From a virus: 64,000 nucleotides of DNA. The notes beneath the pieces are model-generated. The model saw nothing but the letters and a program-made list of their open reading frames with translations. It was not told the origin of the DNA and did no database searches. The DNA lies in the IMG/VR virus record IMGVR_UViG_3300038463_000730, positions 366,259 to 430,258 of that record. One strand, written 5' to 3'. The position numbers and the translations under genes are program-made. Of the stretch, positions 47,615 to 56,626 are shown in pieces. Each line of letters opens with the position of its first letter. Position 1 is the stretch's first letter.

Positions 47615-48891
47615 CGCCTCTGCTGCAAAGCTAGCTTACGTTTCGCCGCTTGCTTCGCCGCACGTCTTGCTTTCTTTCGCTCTCGAAGTTTCACTTTTGC
47701 CAACGCTAGTTCGGCCCTAGCTTTACGTTTGGCATCTCGCTCCACTATCCGTTGCTGCTGCGCCCTCAGCTTGAGAACGACGAGGAATGAACGTTGAGCG
47801 GCTTTCGTTTCTCGAATCCTCCAACGAAGAATGGAGATGAATCTCCGATACTCCATTTTGGAATGATTGACTCGAACGCCATTCACTCGGGCGAGAACAC
47901 TCTTCGATAGGTTTTCCCCGACAACCCGATCCACGTCAGCCGGATCAAGTCTCCACTGGCGAGTCTTCGGGTTCCAATCGAACCCCGCTTTTCTCAACCA
48001 TAGCCGGAGTGACTCGTACCAGAGCCCATGCCGATCCGCAGCTTGGAGCAGTGTTTCGAAGCGACTGTCTTCCTCACGCTTCTTTCGCCAATCCGCAACG
48101 AGCTTGTCGAGCGTCTTGCTATTTAGCCTGAGGGCAAACTTTTTGTCTTTCGAGACAACCTTTAGTCCGGCCGCGATGAGTATATCAGTGAGCCGGTGCT
48201 GAGAGATTTCGAGACGTTCGGCAGCCTTGGGAATTGTCTCGGTCTCGGTAACCCACTTCCTTACGGCCTCTTCCGCCTCCATGATGTCAACGTAGCGGTG
48301 CGGAGCCTTGAACCGCCTGCGCGTCGTTCGCTTGGTACGCTTCCGTTTTCCCTGAGGGATTGTTGGAAGGCGCGTTACCTTGACATTGAAGTGCTCCAAT
48401 ATTCCGTAGAACGTGGAGGGCTCGTAACCCATCTTGTTTGCAACGGCAGTAACGAAGTCGCATCCTTCAGGCGGACCTTTGTGGAGGCCGAGATTTTCCG
48501 CCTTGTTGATGATAGCCCTTATCTTTCGATTCAATTCACGAGCAATGATATGGGGTTTGGTAAACTCCCATTCGCTTTCGATGTATTGAATCTCATCATC
48601 CGTCCAACGACGACGATGATTCCCGTTGACCTTGATCCCGAGCTTCTCCGCTTTCTGAACCAGCGAGGAATGGGTACGGCCAGGTAAGAGCTTGAGAGCT
48701 TTCTTCGGTCCTAACTCCGGGTATTGAGTCTTGACAATTTCGATTTCCGCAGCGGACCAGAACTTTCGTTGCGCCGTGTTCTGAACACGTTTCGGGTTCG
48801 AAACCTCAACGAGTTTCGCCGGTCCTTCGAATTGTACTGCCGTTGCGGTCATCGGACCAATCGACGTACTACGCCGAGATCCGGCTGTCAA
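47611..48891 (-). CDS. putative DNA-binding protein with repeated Myb/SANT-like HTH motifs; paralog of 46286-47614
   Basis: Same repeat architecture (FWSAAEIEIV…, RWTDDEIQYIESEW…LGLHKGPPEG). Confidence 0.5.
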   Translation of the reverse strand: MTAGSRRSTSIGPMTATAVQFEGPAKLVEVSNPKRVQNTAQRKFWSAAEIEIVKTQYPELGPKKALKLLPGRTHSSLVQKAEKLGIKVNGNHRRRWTDDEIQYIESEWEFTKPHIIARELNRKIRAIINKAENLGLHKGPPEGCDFVTAVANKMGYEPSTFYGILEHFNVKVTRLPTIPQGKRKRTKRTTRRRFKAPHRYVDIMEAEEAVRKWVTETETIPKAAERLEISQHRLTDILIAAGLKVVSKDKKFALRLNSKTLDKLVADWRKKREEDSRFETLLQAADRHGLWYESLRLWLRKAGFDWNPKTRQWRLDPADVDRVVGENLSKSVLARVNGVRVNHSKMEYRRFISILRWRIRETKAAQRSFLVVLKLRAQQQRIVERDAKRKARAELALAKVKLRERKKARRAAKQAAKRKLALQQRR

Positions 48892-48930
48892 CGCTCGGCA
48901 TTCACTCTGTTGTTTCTGTCATCGAACAAT

Positions 48931-49647
48931 TCAGTGCGTGTGATCTCCGCCCGTCACATAGGCTGAGCAAACATCGCACCACCGCCCTGTAGGCAATGGC
49001 CCAACGTGAACGCCAATTTCATCGCTCGGCTTCCCCTGAATCGCCAGCATTAGCCGATCAACACCGATAGCCCAGCCGATTCCTTCCTTGTAACGCCCGC
49101 CTCCAGCAATTTGCTTCTGCGCTCCAAGATACGATACTTCGGCCTCGAACCCGTCCTCCACGTAATAGGAGAGTCCTCGCTTGACCGTATCATTGAATTG
49201 ATACGGGATGCCGAAAAGATTCAGCGTCTCCTTCAATGCTTTTACCGCATCTTCTTTCGTGACCCGATTCCCGAGGAGTTCGACTCCAGCCTGGGTAAAC
49301 TCGCGGTGACGACCAGCCTGCGGCTTCTCGTAGCGATAGCACCGTTGGATGTAAAAGATCTTCATTGGGTGACGAACGCGATTGTGCCATTCGTCATTCC
49401 ACATCTTCTGAACAACCGCCGTACATTCCGGAATCAAACAGATGTCACGATCGCCTTTGTCTTTGAAGGCGTACATTTGATTGATGATTTCAGGCCCGGC
49501 CTTATCGATGAAGGTCTGTTGATCCCACATTGATGGCAGAAGGATCTCGTTGAACCCTTGTGCAACGAGGGCTGCACGAATCCCTTGACAGGTAGAAAAG
49601 TAAAGATCTGCTTCTTCACCAATCAGCAATCGCGTGCCTTTCACCAT
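48931..49647 (-). CDS. class-II aminoacyl-tRNA synthetase catalytic core, HisRS/HisZ-like (truncated, no anticodon-binding domain)
   Basis: GTRLLIGEEA (cf. GTRDxLP), MYAFKDKGDRDICLIPECTAVVQK (motif 2 region), QRCYRYEKPQAGRHREFTQAGVELLG, RGLSYYVEDGFEA, GGGRY (motif 3). Confidence 0.6.
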   Translation of the reverse strand: MVKGTRLLIGEEADLYFSTCQGIRAALVAQGFNEILLPSMWDQQTFIDKAGPEIINQMYAFKDKGDRDICLIPECTAVVQKMWNDEWHNRVRHPMKIFYIQRCYRYEKPQAGRHREFTQAGVELLGNRVTKEDAVKALKETLNLFGIPYQFNDTVKRGLSYYVEDGFEAEVSYLGAQKQIAGGGRYKEGIGWAIGVDRLMLAIQGKPSDEIGVHVGPLPTGRWCDVCSAYVTGGDHTH

Positions 49648-49842
49648 AACCGCTCCTATCGACGACCAAAGAACGTGGACCTAATGTCTACGGCATACAG
49701 GCGTGCCACCTCAACGATACGGTACCACACTCGGCGGCGAAAGGCCATCGTTGTCCAACCGTTCCAGCAATGGGAGCAGGCGCACCAGTCGTAGCACGGT
49801 CCATCGCTAAACTTTCGACTAGTGAACTTGAACCGTCTCAAT

Positions 49843-50220
49843 TTAGACAGGTACCGCTTGAGCATTGTCTTTTCCCCAGATCCACCCTAGAGAGAAAACA
49901 ATCCGAGTTCCCTCGGTAACTTCCGTGACACGGTGCGGGTTGATGTCAGGTCGGAAGATATGTAGACGTCCCCAATCCACGATCGTTTCGCCACAAAGGA
50001 AATCCCCACCTTTGCCGCGCCACAATTCAAAATTCAAACGGTAATGATTACCGAATGGATTTGGGTCACTATGCCATCCAATTGACGATCCCTTCGGGTA
50101 GTGAAGAATGTATGAATCGAACCGAATCGGAATCGGATATATCCATCTCATCAAAGGGAAGATCCGATATCCCGTGCCTTGACGCCCTGGTGTCCAACGG
50201 AAAAGTTTGGGTAGCTTCAT
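49843..50220 (-). CDS. hypothetical protein
   Basis: 125-aa ORF. Confidence 0.45.
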   Translation of the reverse strand: MKLPKLFRWTPGRQGTGYRIFPLMRWIYPIPIRFDSYILHYPKGSSIGWHSDPNPFGNHYRLNFELWRGKGGDFLCGETIVDWGRLHIFRPDINPHRVTEVTEGTRIVFSLGWIWGKDNAQAVPV

Positions 50221-50269
50221 GAAATCCTTTGTAGGATCTGGTCTCGATCGGAGCCAGTCTAAAACAGTG

Positions 50270-50345
50270 GAGAAGCTACCTTGACGATATCGTCAGTCTG
50301 AGAGGGGGATATTAGGGGGAGGGATTAGTGATCTTAAGATCAGAG
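50270..50345. promoter_or_regulatory. cluster of perfect palindromes in an intergenic region (possible operator or promoter region)
   Basis: TGACGATATCGTCA (14-bp palindrome), GATCTTAAGATC (12 bp), AGATCT and GTTAAC, all within about 75 bp upstream of gene 49843-50220. Confidence 0.3.
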
Positions 50346-50360
50346 ATCTACTGTGTTAAC

Positions 50361-50594
50361 TTAAGGGTCAGAGAGAAACTTCTGAAGCGCAGGACTTTTT
50401 ACCTTGAGAGGATCTCCGGGTACTCTCTTTGTCAGAAACGAAACGGCCTCCAACATAAGATCCTGGTTATCAGTTTTTCGCTTCTCTCCACCACCAGCTG
50501 GAACGCTGGGAGAATAAGAAACAGCGCAATCCAGACAGCGAAGGTGTTCATTCAGAAACCTCGGTTTCATGCAACCGTGACAAGCCATTATCAT
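50361..50594 (-). CDS. small Cys-rich (zinc-finger-like) protein
   Basis: CHGC…CLDC pattern. Confidence 0.35.
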   Translation of the reverse strand: MIMACHGCMKPRFLNEHLRCLDCAVSYSPSVPAGGGEKRKTDNQDLMLEAVSFLTKRVPGDPLKVKSPALQKFLSDP

Positions 50595-50899
50595 TTAGAG
50601 TCTTCCTTTAATAGGTCCTGAACCCAAGCCAGCATCAGTTCGTTGAGTTCTTTTTGAATGTCTGGTGATTCGAATGTTTCGTTGTATTCAACGAATTTCA
50701 CGTCGCATCTACCGGTGATGATATCGAGTGATTCGACATTCCAGCCTTTCACACTCATGTCAAAGAGGACGCTGAACTCTCTACCTTTGAACCTGGCGGA
50801 TAAGAACGAAAGGCAATTGTCTAGCACTTCTCCTGGTAATTTTCTACGACGGGACATGTTCGGTCCCCTCGCTTGGTTGAGGCTCGGGTAGATACTCAA
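50591..50899 (-). CDS. hypothetical protein
   Basis: 102-aa ORF. Confidence 0.4.
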   Translation of the reverse strand: MSIYPSLNQARGPNMSRRRKLPGEVLDNCLSFLSARFKGREFSVLFDMSVKGWNVESLDIITGRCDVKFVEYNETFESPDIQKELNELMLAWVQDLLKEDSK

Positions 50900-51284
50900 A
50901 GTCTACCCCGACGACCGGGTCCATTTTGAAACAAAGGATTTCGTCTTTGACCAAAGCTACGGCGTTGTTAAACAATCTCATGACCGTATGGTTTGACCCA
51001 GCCTTTACGATATTCTGTTTGCCTTTGGTTGATTTACCCAAAGGAAAATCCTTCAGCAATTGAATGGGGTAATGATGGTACTGCTCCATCTTTGTCCCAT
51101 CAGGAAGTAGCGGTGCCGGAGTTGCGGGCCGGAGGTGATTGAAATAGGGAAGCGGTGTTTTCTCCGCCATTCGATTTAGGTTAGGACGCTTAATCCCTTT
51201 CGTATGGCTGCCGCTGAATTCCCCAAATGCCGCTCGTGGTTTGCCCTCAGACGTCCTTTTAACGTTGTTCACGGTTCCCTCCAC
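50844..51284 (-). CDS. hypothetical protein
   Basis: 146-aa ORF. Confidence 0.4.
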   Translation of the reverse strand: MEGTVNNVKRTSEGKPRAAFGEFSGSHTKGIKRPNLNRMAEKTPLPYFNHLRPATPAPLLPDGTKMEQYHHYPIQLLKDFPLGKSTKGKQNIVKAGSNHTVMRLFNNAVALVKDEILCFKMDPVVGVDFEYLPEPQPSEGTEHVPS

Positions 51285-51487
51285 CCTGTAAGGTTCGGCT
51301 TACCGTACCGTTGTCGTAGAAGCTTTTCAAGTGATTCTTGACAAGCCGGAGAACAATAGAGCCATCTGCGCAGAACTGGTTTACCACAAGCTGTGCATTC
51401 AAAATCCTCGTTCGAATCCAAGTCCCGCACAAAGAATGGGCGAAGAAGCTTAAAAACAATCAAGCGAAATAGAAACCGAGGCATCAA
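51269..51487 (-). CDS. small Cys-rich protein
   Basis: CTACGK…CSPAC pattern. Confidence 0.3.
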   Translation of the reverse strand: MMPRFLFRLIVFKLLRPFFVRDLDSNEDFECTACGKPVLRRWLYCSPACQESLEKLLRQRYGKPNLTGWREP

Positions 51488-51915
51488 ACCAGATGATTCG
51501 GAAGGATTGTGAATATCGCAATATTTCTCATCTCATTAATTACATCTTGATTATCGTAGTGGTACGATAACGCAATTCCTTTATCCTCAGGTAAGTGTTC
51601 TGAAAACTTTAGATCGGCTCCCCAAAGTCTGGGGCCGTAGACTCGATGTCCTAATTGGTATGTTTCGATATCCTTGGCAAGAACGGTCAAGATTGACAGT
51701 TCGTGTTTTGCCGGGAACAAAACATAACATGTGACCAGGTCCCATCGATCGACTTGTACCTTCGCCTCTAATATAAGGGTGCGGAGCGATGGCGCGTTGT
51801 AACTCTCAGGGAGGTAGTTATTAACTCCGGTAGGAGCCATTCTGATCCAGTAATCAATTAGTTCGGAAGGCGGTAACCAATACGGAAGTTCTTTTAATGG
51901 TGGTATGTCAAGCAT
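51484..51915 (-). CDS. hypothetical protein
   Basis: 143-aa ORF. Confidence 0.45.
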   Translation of the reverse strand: MLDIPPLKELPYWLPPSELIDYWIRMAPTGVNNYLPESYNAPSLRTLILEAKVQVDRWDLVTCYVLFPAKHELSILTVLAKDIETYQLGHRVYGPRLWGADLKFSEHLPEDKGIALSYHYDNQDVINEMRNIAIFTILPNHLV

Positions 51916-51967
51916 ACCACGCTATATAACGGCTATCTGCCGTGCCGCGCCTACCCTGACAAACTAG

Positions 51968-52309
51968 CTACGTTCCTCGTTTCTTACGAGACATTGGTGC
52001 CTTCGTCTCGGCTTCGTTCTCTGGGAACGAACTTCGACTCGGCGGTTTCGACTTCCTACTCGGTACCGCGACGGGAGAGACGAGTGAGGTACGATCATCC
52101 CGGTTCGGGGCGTCCTCCAACACGGCTTTCATAATGTCGATACACAAGCTGAGAAGCCGATCTGCTTCGTGAGAATGGAAGAAACCTAGCTCGCAATAGT
52201 CTATGAGATAATTGTAGGCATTAGACTCATACCCAATCATCTTAACATTTTGGACCTTATCAAGGAGCTGATTGACCTCGGGGACTTTGTCTCTGTCTCT
52301 CCCGTCCAT
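51968..52309 (-). CDS. hypothetical protein
   Basis: 113-aa ORF. Confidence 0.4.
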   Translation of the reverse strand: MDGRDRDKVPEVNQLLDKVQNVKMIGYESNAYNYLIDYCELGFFHSHEADRLLSLCIDIMKAVLEDAPNRDDRTSLVSPVAVPSRKSKPPSRSSFPENEAETKAPMSRKKRGT

Positions 52310-52572
52310 GTTCTCTGCTCCATTGCAATGTAGTATGTAGTTTTTACAATAGGTTCTGGCTTACACTCTCTGCAACGTCGCTTCAGTTTTCCTTTTAGCG
52401 GACCGCCAATTATGGGGCGGGTAATAATTTCATGAAGGCACGTCAGGCGTTCATACGACACACCATCCTTCTCAAACGTAAGAAGGACATCACGCTCCGG
52501 ACCAAACTTTACTTCTTGTTCGGCCCGGCGTCGGATGCGCGACGGTTTTTGGTGGCGACCTTTACCCATCAA
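52237..52572 (-). CDS. hypothetical protein
   Basis: 111-aa ORF. Confidence 0.35.
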   Translation of the reverse strand: MMGKGRHQKPSRIRRRAEQEVKFGPERDVLLTFEKDGVSYERLTCLHEIITRPIIGGPLKGKLKRRCRECKPEPIVKTTYYIAMEQRTWTGETETKSPRSISSLIRSKMLR

Positions 52573-52758
52573 CTAGTGACGTTTTGGTTTATTCGTCCAG
52601 ACCTTACGAATGAACACGGTTCGGATTCCCATCAGATCGGATGGAAGATGATTCGGAATATGTTCCTCAGCTTGGGCCTGAGTATCCCAGGCATCAGCGA
52701 GCCGCTCTTCGCCTTGGCCATCAATCACGATGATCTGATGCTGAATGACAACCATGAT

Positions 52759-53139
52759 TCAGGTCCCTTCATCTACCGGGTCTTTGGGAGCCGGAATACC
52801 GCAACCTCGTTTGTTCAAATCTTCGAGAACGAAGCGCATTGTTTCCTCGGTACGCTGCATCTTCTGCTCGGCCTCGTGAGCCTCTTTGATCGCCAGGTCC
52901 CAGTGTTCTTTGCACTTCAGCCTGAAGTGTTTGAACAGGTTCTCCGTGGCCTCATCGATGTTTTTCCCCTCTGCGGTGAGGAAAATGAACGGACCTCGGG
53001 CATCGGCATCACGACTACAATGCACCTGGTAGACGCCGGATTTGGCGTGGTAACTACTGGTGAATGTATATTTGCCAGGCCATACCTTCTCCGCCAATGC
53101 CGGAAGAACCTGGAGAAGTGTTTCGTATTTTGTGGGCAT
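52759..53139 (-). CDS. hypothetical protein
   Basis: 126-aa ORF. Confidence 0.45.
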   Translation of the reverse strand: MPTKYETLLQVLPALAEKVWPGKYTFTSSYHAKSGVYQVHCSRDADARGPFIFLTAEGKNIDEATENLFKHFRLKCKEHWDLAIKEAHEAEQKMQRTEETMRFVLEDLNKRGCGIPAPKDPVDEGT

Positions 53140-53152
53140 GACAACTCCTGCA

Positions 53153-53392
53153 CTAACCTGGTTTGAGATCTGTTTCCTTTTGCGTTCGCAATGCGTTCTC
53201 GTGACCGTAGGGAATTCCTTTTTTGCTAGGATGTTCCCACGCGATGTCTTTTACGGATTGCGGTGATTCGATCACCACTCCGACATTCTTCTGCCGCCAG
53301 CCTGAAGCGAGAAGGTATTCGACCTCGGCCAGGAACAGCTTGCTAAAGGCAGCGCTCACGGTTTTGTACCTTCCCACGAAATGACTCGGCAT
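53153..53392 (-). CDS. hypothetical protein
   Basis: 79-aa ORF. Confidence 0.35.
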   Translation of the reverse strand: MPSHFVGRYKTVSAAFSKLFLAEVEYLLASGWRQKNVGVVIESPQSVKDIAWEHPSKKGIPYGHENALRTQKETDLKPG

Positions 53393-53580
53393 ACGCCTTT
53401 CACTTCGGACTTGACTCCGGTGATAAATTGGTCACCGGATGGATAGTTGAATTGCAACTTGACCATATTACCAATCAATACCCAAACGGTGTCATCGGTA
53501 TACTCAATGACTTTAGCTTGGAATACTTTTGATTCAGTCTTGCCCTTCAACTCAACCGAAACTATCTGCCCTTTTTCCAT
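53356..53580 (-). CDS. hypothetical protein
   Basis: 74-aa ORF with a GGGGAGG Shine-Dalgarno 7 nt upstream of the ATG. Confidence 0.45.
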   Translation of the reverse strand: MEKGQIVSVELKGKTESKVFQAKVIEYTDDTVWVLIGNMVKLQFNYPSGDQFITGVKSEVKGVCRVISWEGTKP

Positions 53581-53587
53581 GAACCTC

Positions 53588-53652
53588 CCCTGGTAAAAAA
53601 AAGGCGCCCCGCTTCGAACCGCAACCTTGGGGGGAAGGTCTTGCGATTCTAA
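53588..53652 (-). terminator. Rho-independent terminator downstream of the tRNA (GC-rich hairpin plus U8 tract)
   Basis: Minus-strand RNA reads GCGCCCCG…CGGGGCGCC with an inner CCUUCCCCCCAAGG hairpin, followed by UUUUUUUU. The SD and ATG of 53356-53580 come next. Confidence 0.55.
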
Positions 53653-53662
53653 CGGGGCGCTG

Positions 53663-53743
53663 AGCTAGAAGTGGGATTCGAACCCACGAAGGTTTCCCGC
53701 CGCTTTACAAAAACGGTCCCGTTGACCACTTGGGTATTCTAGC
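53663..53743 (-). tRNA. tRNA, type-II-like (anticodon arm CCGUU-UUUGUAA-AGCGG, apparent anticodon UGU)
   Basis: GCUAGAA-UA-CCC-AAGUGGUCAAC-GGG-A-CCGUU-UUUGUAA-AGCGG-CGGGAAACCUUC-GUGGG-UUCGAAU-CCCAC-UUCUAGC-U. The isotype is uncertain. Confidence 0.6.
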
Positions 53744-53767
53744 GCATTCGAATTGTCGATAGTTTGA

Positions 53768-54379
53768 TTGCTGTTTCCAGCCCTATTTATGAATAGGGCC
53801 GAAGCTGGAAGACTTGGTGCAATTGCCTCTCGACAAACACATAATAAAAAGAAACAGGATCGAATTACCTCCTATCTTGAGAACCCATCGCATTGTAAAC
53901 AATGCGATGGAATCTTGCCGTATTCACGGCGGAGTGAAAGTTTCTGTGGTCATTCGTGTGCTGCCACGTATAGCAACACACGACGCGAAAGCCGAGCGAA
54001 ATTAGTTGTTTGTCCAGGTTGCGGAACTAATACCTCCAATCCAAAATTCTGTTCGAATCAATGTCAGCGCGATTTAGAATCAGAACAACGTAGGCAACGC
54101 ATTCTTGCTGGAGAATCTCTTTCACCCAAAGTAATGAAAGCTTATCTCATCGAGCAAGCTCACGGTGCCTGCCAGATATGTTCGATTGATTCTTGGCTTG
54201 GTAAACCGATCCTTTTGATTCTCGATCATATCGACGGTGATTCGAGCAACGGTTCACTCCAAAACCTTCGCGTCATCTGTAGCAATTGCGACGCTCAACT
54301 ACCGACCTACAAGTCCCGGAACCGTGGTCATGGCAGACATGCTCGCAAGATACGCTACGCAGCCGGACAGAGTTACTGA
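53768..54379 (+). CDS. HNH homing endonuclease
   Basis: CQICSIDSWLGKPILLILDHIDGDSSNGSLQNLRVICSNCD HNH motif, with N-terminal Cys4 zinc-finger-like segments. Plus strand in an otherwise all-minus array. Confidence 0.65.
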   Translation: MLFPALFMNRAEAGRLGAIASRQTHNKKKQDRITSYLENPSHCKQCDGILPYSRRSESFCGHSCAATYSNTRRESRAKLVVCPGCGTNTSNPKFCSNQCQRDLESEQRRQRILAGESLSPKVMKAYLIEQAHGACQICSIDSWLGKPILLILDHIDGDSSNGSLQNLRVICSNCDAQLPTYKSRNRGHGRHARKIRYAAGQSY

Positions 54380-54441
54380 GCTAACTCCTCGATGTCAACT
54401 CTTCGGTATCTCTTCCTCTTATGCCTCGTTGCGAATTTCGT

Positions 54442-54470
54442 GGGTAGCATGGGACTTGAACCCACCCCTT
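54442..54470 (-). other. tRNA 3'-half-like fragment (T-arm plus acceptor 3' strand) with no matching 5' half
   Basis: Minus strand reads GUGGG-UUCAAGU-CCCAU-GCUACCC-A. No complementary GGGUAGC lies upstream. Confidence 0.3.
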
Positions 54471-54794
54471 ACCAAGAGAATGTCGCTGCCAGCGAACGCG
54501 AAGAAGTATCCCGCTTGCGGATTAGTATCTGGGGAGGTGACCTATGGCAGCAAACGATGGTTGCGACAGCAACACCCTCTCTTAATGGCAAAGCCTTCCA
54601 GCTAACGGCTACCCGGACGTCCAGAACAGGGGAACGCTTTCAGCGGGTCCTTTCTGAACTGGTGTGACTCTACCGACCTACAACCAACCGGTCAAGAACT
54701 CTTCGCGAGTTCTTCTGATTTTTCTTTCTGGCCGAGGGCTAAACCAACTCTTCGTTTCTCCTCATTTTTTCCACAGCCGTTCAAACCGAAACAT

Positions 54795-55412
54795 TCAGAG
54801 AGTCGTTTTAGGCTGACGCGAATAAGCCTTCTGAATCAAAGCCCGCATTTCGGCGCGATGATTTGGCTCCGAGCTTTTGTCGTCGAAGCGGAAAACGTTG
54901 GAGTGTTCCGACTTCCCGCCTTTGGCGTAGTCAGCATTCCACGGTTGAGCCACGGCGATCACGAGTCCCCTCGGGCGAACTCGAAGCCAAGCCTCGAAGT
55001 AGTGAGGGAAATCATCCACCAATACTTTGCCGTACACTAGAGACTTGTCTCCACCGATTGTCAACGGAACATTCGGCAAATGCATATCGACCCACTGTTT
55101 CTTTTCCGTGAAAGCCGTGGGAGTTCCCTTCGGGCCTTTGGTGAGAACATGTAGACCGAACCCGGCTTTCGTTAATTCATCGGCAACTTCGAACCCGGCA
55201 GGGATTCGTCCCATGTCACGCCAAAAGCCAGGGTAAGCTTGGATTAGCTTCCGCCTGGCTTCAATGTGAGGAGGTTCACCTCCCGATTCGTAGCGCCCTG
55301 TAAACACCGGTTCTTCCGGCGCACGAAGGCGATTCATGTGGTAATGCAGAGAACTATCGTAATCTGCAAGCGTACTGTCTAGGTCGATTAGAGCAACTTG
55401 ATCGGTTTCCAT
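54795..55412 (-). CDS. 5'(3')-deoxyribonucleotidase (HAD superfamily, NT5C-like)
   Basis: N-terminal LIDLDSTLADYD is HAD motif I, in the DxDxT…ADF form typical of dNMP nucleotidases. Confidence 0.65.
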   Translation of the reverse strand: METDQVALIDLDSTLADYDSSLHYHMNRLRAPEEPVFTGRYESGGEPPHIEARRKLIQAYPGFWRDMGRIPAGFEVADELTKAGFGLHVLTKGPKGTPTAFTEKKQWVDMHLPNVPLTIGGDKSLVYGKVLVDDFPHYFEAWLRVRPRGLVIAVAQPWNADYAKGGKSEHSNVFRFDDKSSEPNHRAEMRALIQKAYSRQPKTTL

Positions 55413-55445
55413 AAAATGGAAACCTGGCGACCTAGACCGTTATCG

Positions 55446-56369
55446 TCATTCTACTTTTGTGATCATTCGGTACTGGGTACCATCCAGTACGAATTCGTCT
55501 TTGCGAGCCCGAAGAGCTTTCCTCAAGGTACTCTTCGCATCGACGCCGTTCCAATCCGTTTTCACCAATTCCAACGCAATCTCTTCGAAAGACAATGTGC
55601 GGTTCAATGCCAAGAATATCTTCCTGACGTATGAGATAACCGGAACGGAACGGTTGTTTGTTCCAACCCTAACGCTTTTTGCTTGAGCAATTTGGGATTG
55701 AATTTCTTTCACTTCCTTTTGCTTTGCAGCCAGCTTTTCGTTCAACACTGACAATACCGCAGCTTGACGCTGCTGTAGATCATTGGCCAGGTCGAATGGT
55801 TTGGAATTTGAGTTGGACATTTCTACCGTCTTTACTTGTGAAATCATATCGCCTCTCTCAATAGTATAAGCGCAACCAATCTGTTTGAATACTCCTGGCA
55901 TCAGGAGCCGTAATGTTTTACTGATGAAATCGTCGCGAAGCGTAATCCCACGCTTCTTAAACTCCGTCATCAATTTACTACGGTCCATTGGATAGAATGT
56001 CTTCTCCAAGACTTCGTAGCAAATGTGAAGCACGGCTCTTTGGCGCGTGGGGTGTAGCGAAAGAACAGAGAACGTTTTGATTCCCCAAAGCGCCTGGTTA
56101 TCGTACAAACTCCCAAAGAAGATCGTTACGAATCCTCGAAGGGTATTCAATACGATTTGGAATTTGTCCCCGGTTGGTGGGATCCAACCGCATGCTTCGA
56201 GATCCCTAACGATGTCGGAGGCGTTCGTCGGAACACCTCTACGAATGAGAATCTCTACGATCATGTCTTTCAATTCGCAGTCATTCAGGACTCGCGAATC
56301 GAATTGTTTGCAGACGACGCACTCTTCGTGCGGGTGTTTGTAGAGAGCCCGTAACGTGAGCTTATCCAT
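55446..56369 (-). CDS. hypothetical protein
   Basis: 307-aa ORF. Confidence 0.5.
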   Translation of the reverse strand: MDKLTLRALYKHPHEECVVCKQFDSRVLNDCELKDMIVEILIRRGVPTNASDIVRDLEACGWIPPTGDKFQIVLNTLRGFVTIFFGSLYDNQALWGIKTFSVLSLHPTRQRAVLHICYEVLEKTFYPMDRSKLMTEFKKRGITLRDDFISKTLRLLMPGVFKQIGCAYTIERGDMISQVKTVEMSNSNSKPFDLANDLQQRQAAVLSVLNEKLAAKQKEVKEIQSQIAQAKSVRVGTNNRSVPVISYVRKIFLALNRTLSFEEIALELVKTDWNGVDAKSTLRKALRARKDEFVLDGTQYRMITKVE

Positions 56370-56626
56370 GGTTCGTCTTCAAATTAGAAGTACGTGGACG
56401 CTCGTCTCGTCATCTACAGCACTTCCAGCACATGACACACGGAGCAACCGAATGTCGGGCCTAGCGCACCGTTCAGGTGAAACGTCATGCGTTTACGCCA
56501 TGTCGCTTTGAAAGGCCCGAGTTGTAGCTGGTACCGGCAATAGCATTTCGGATGGAACACGAGGCTCCACGTGATCTCTGCCAGACGCACCGGAATTCGT
56601 AGGGGATTGAACATCCAACGAATCTA

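Noticed and set aside
53596-53652. A 58-nt tRNA-like minihelix next to the tRNA at 53663-53743
   Set aside because: It has an 8-bp terminal stem but no D, anticodon or T arms of proper size, and it is followed by U8. A Rho-independent terminator explains it better.
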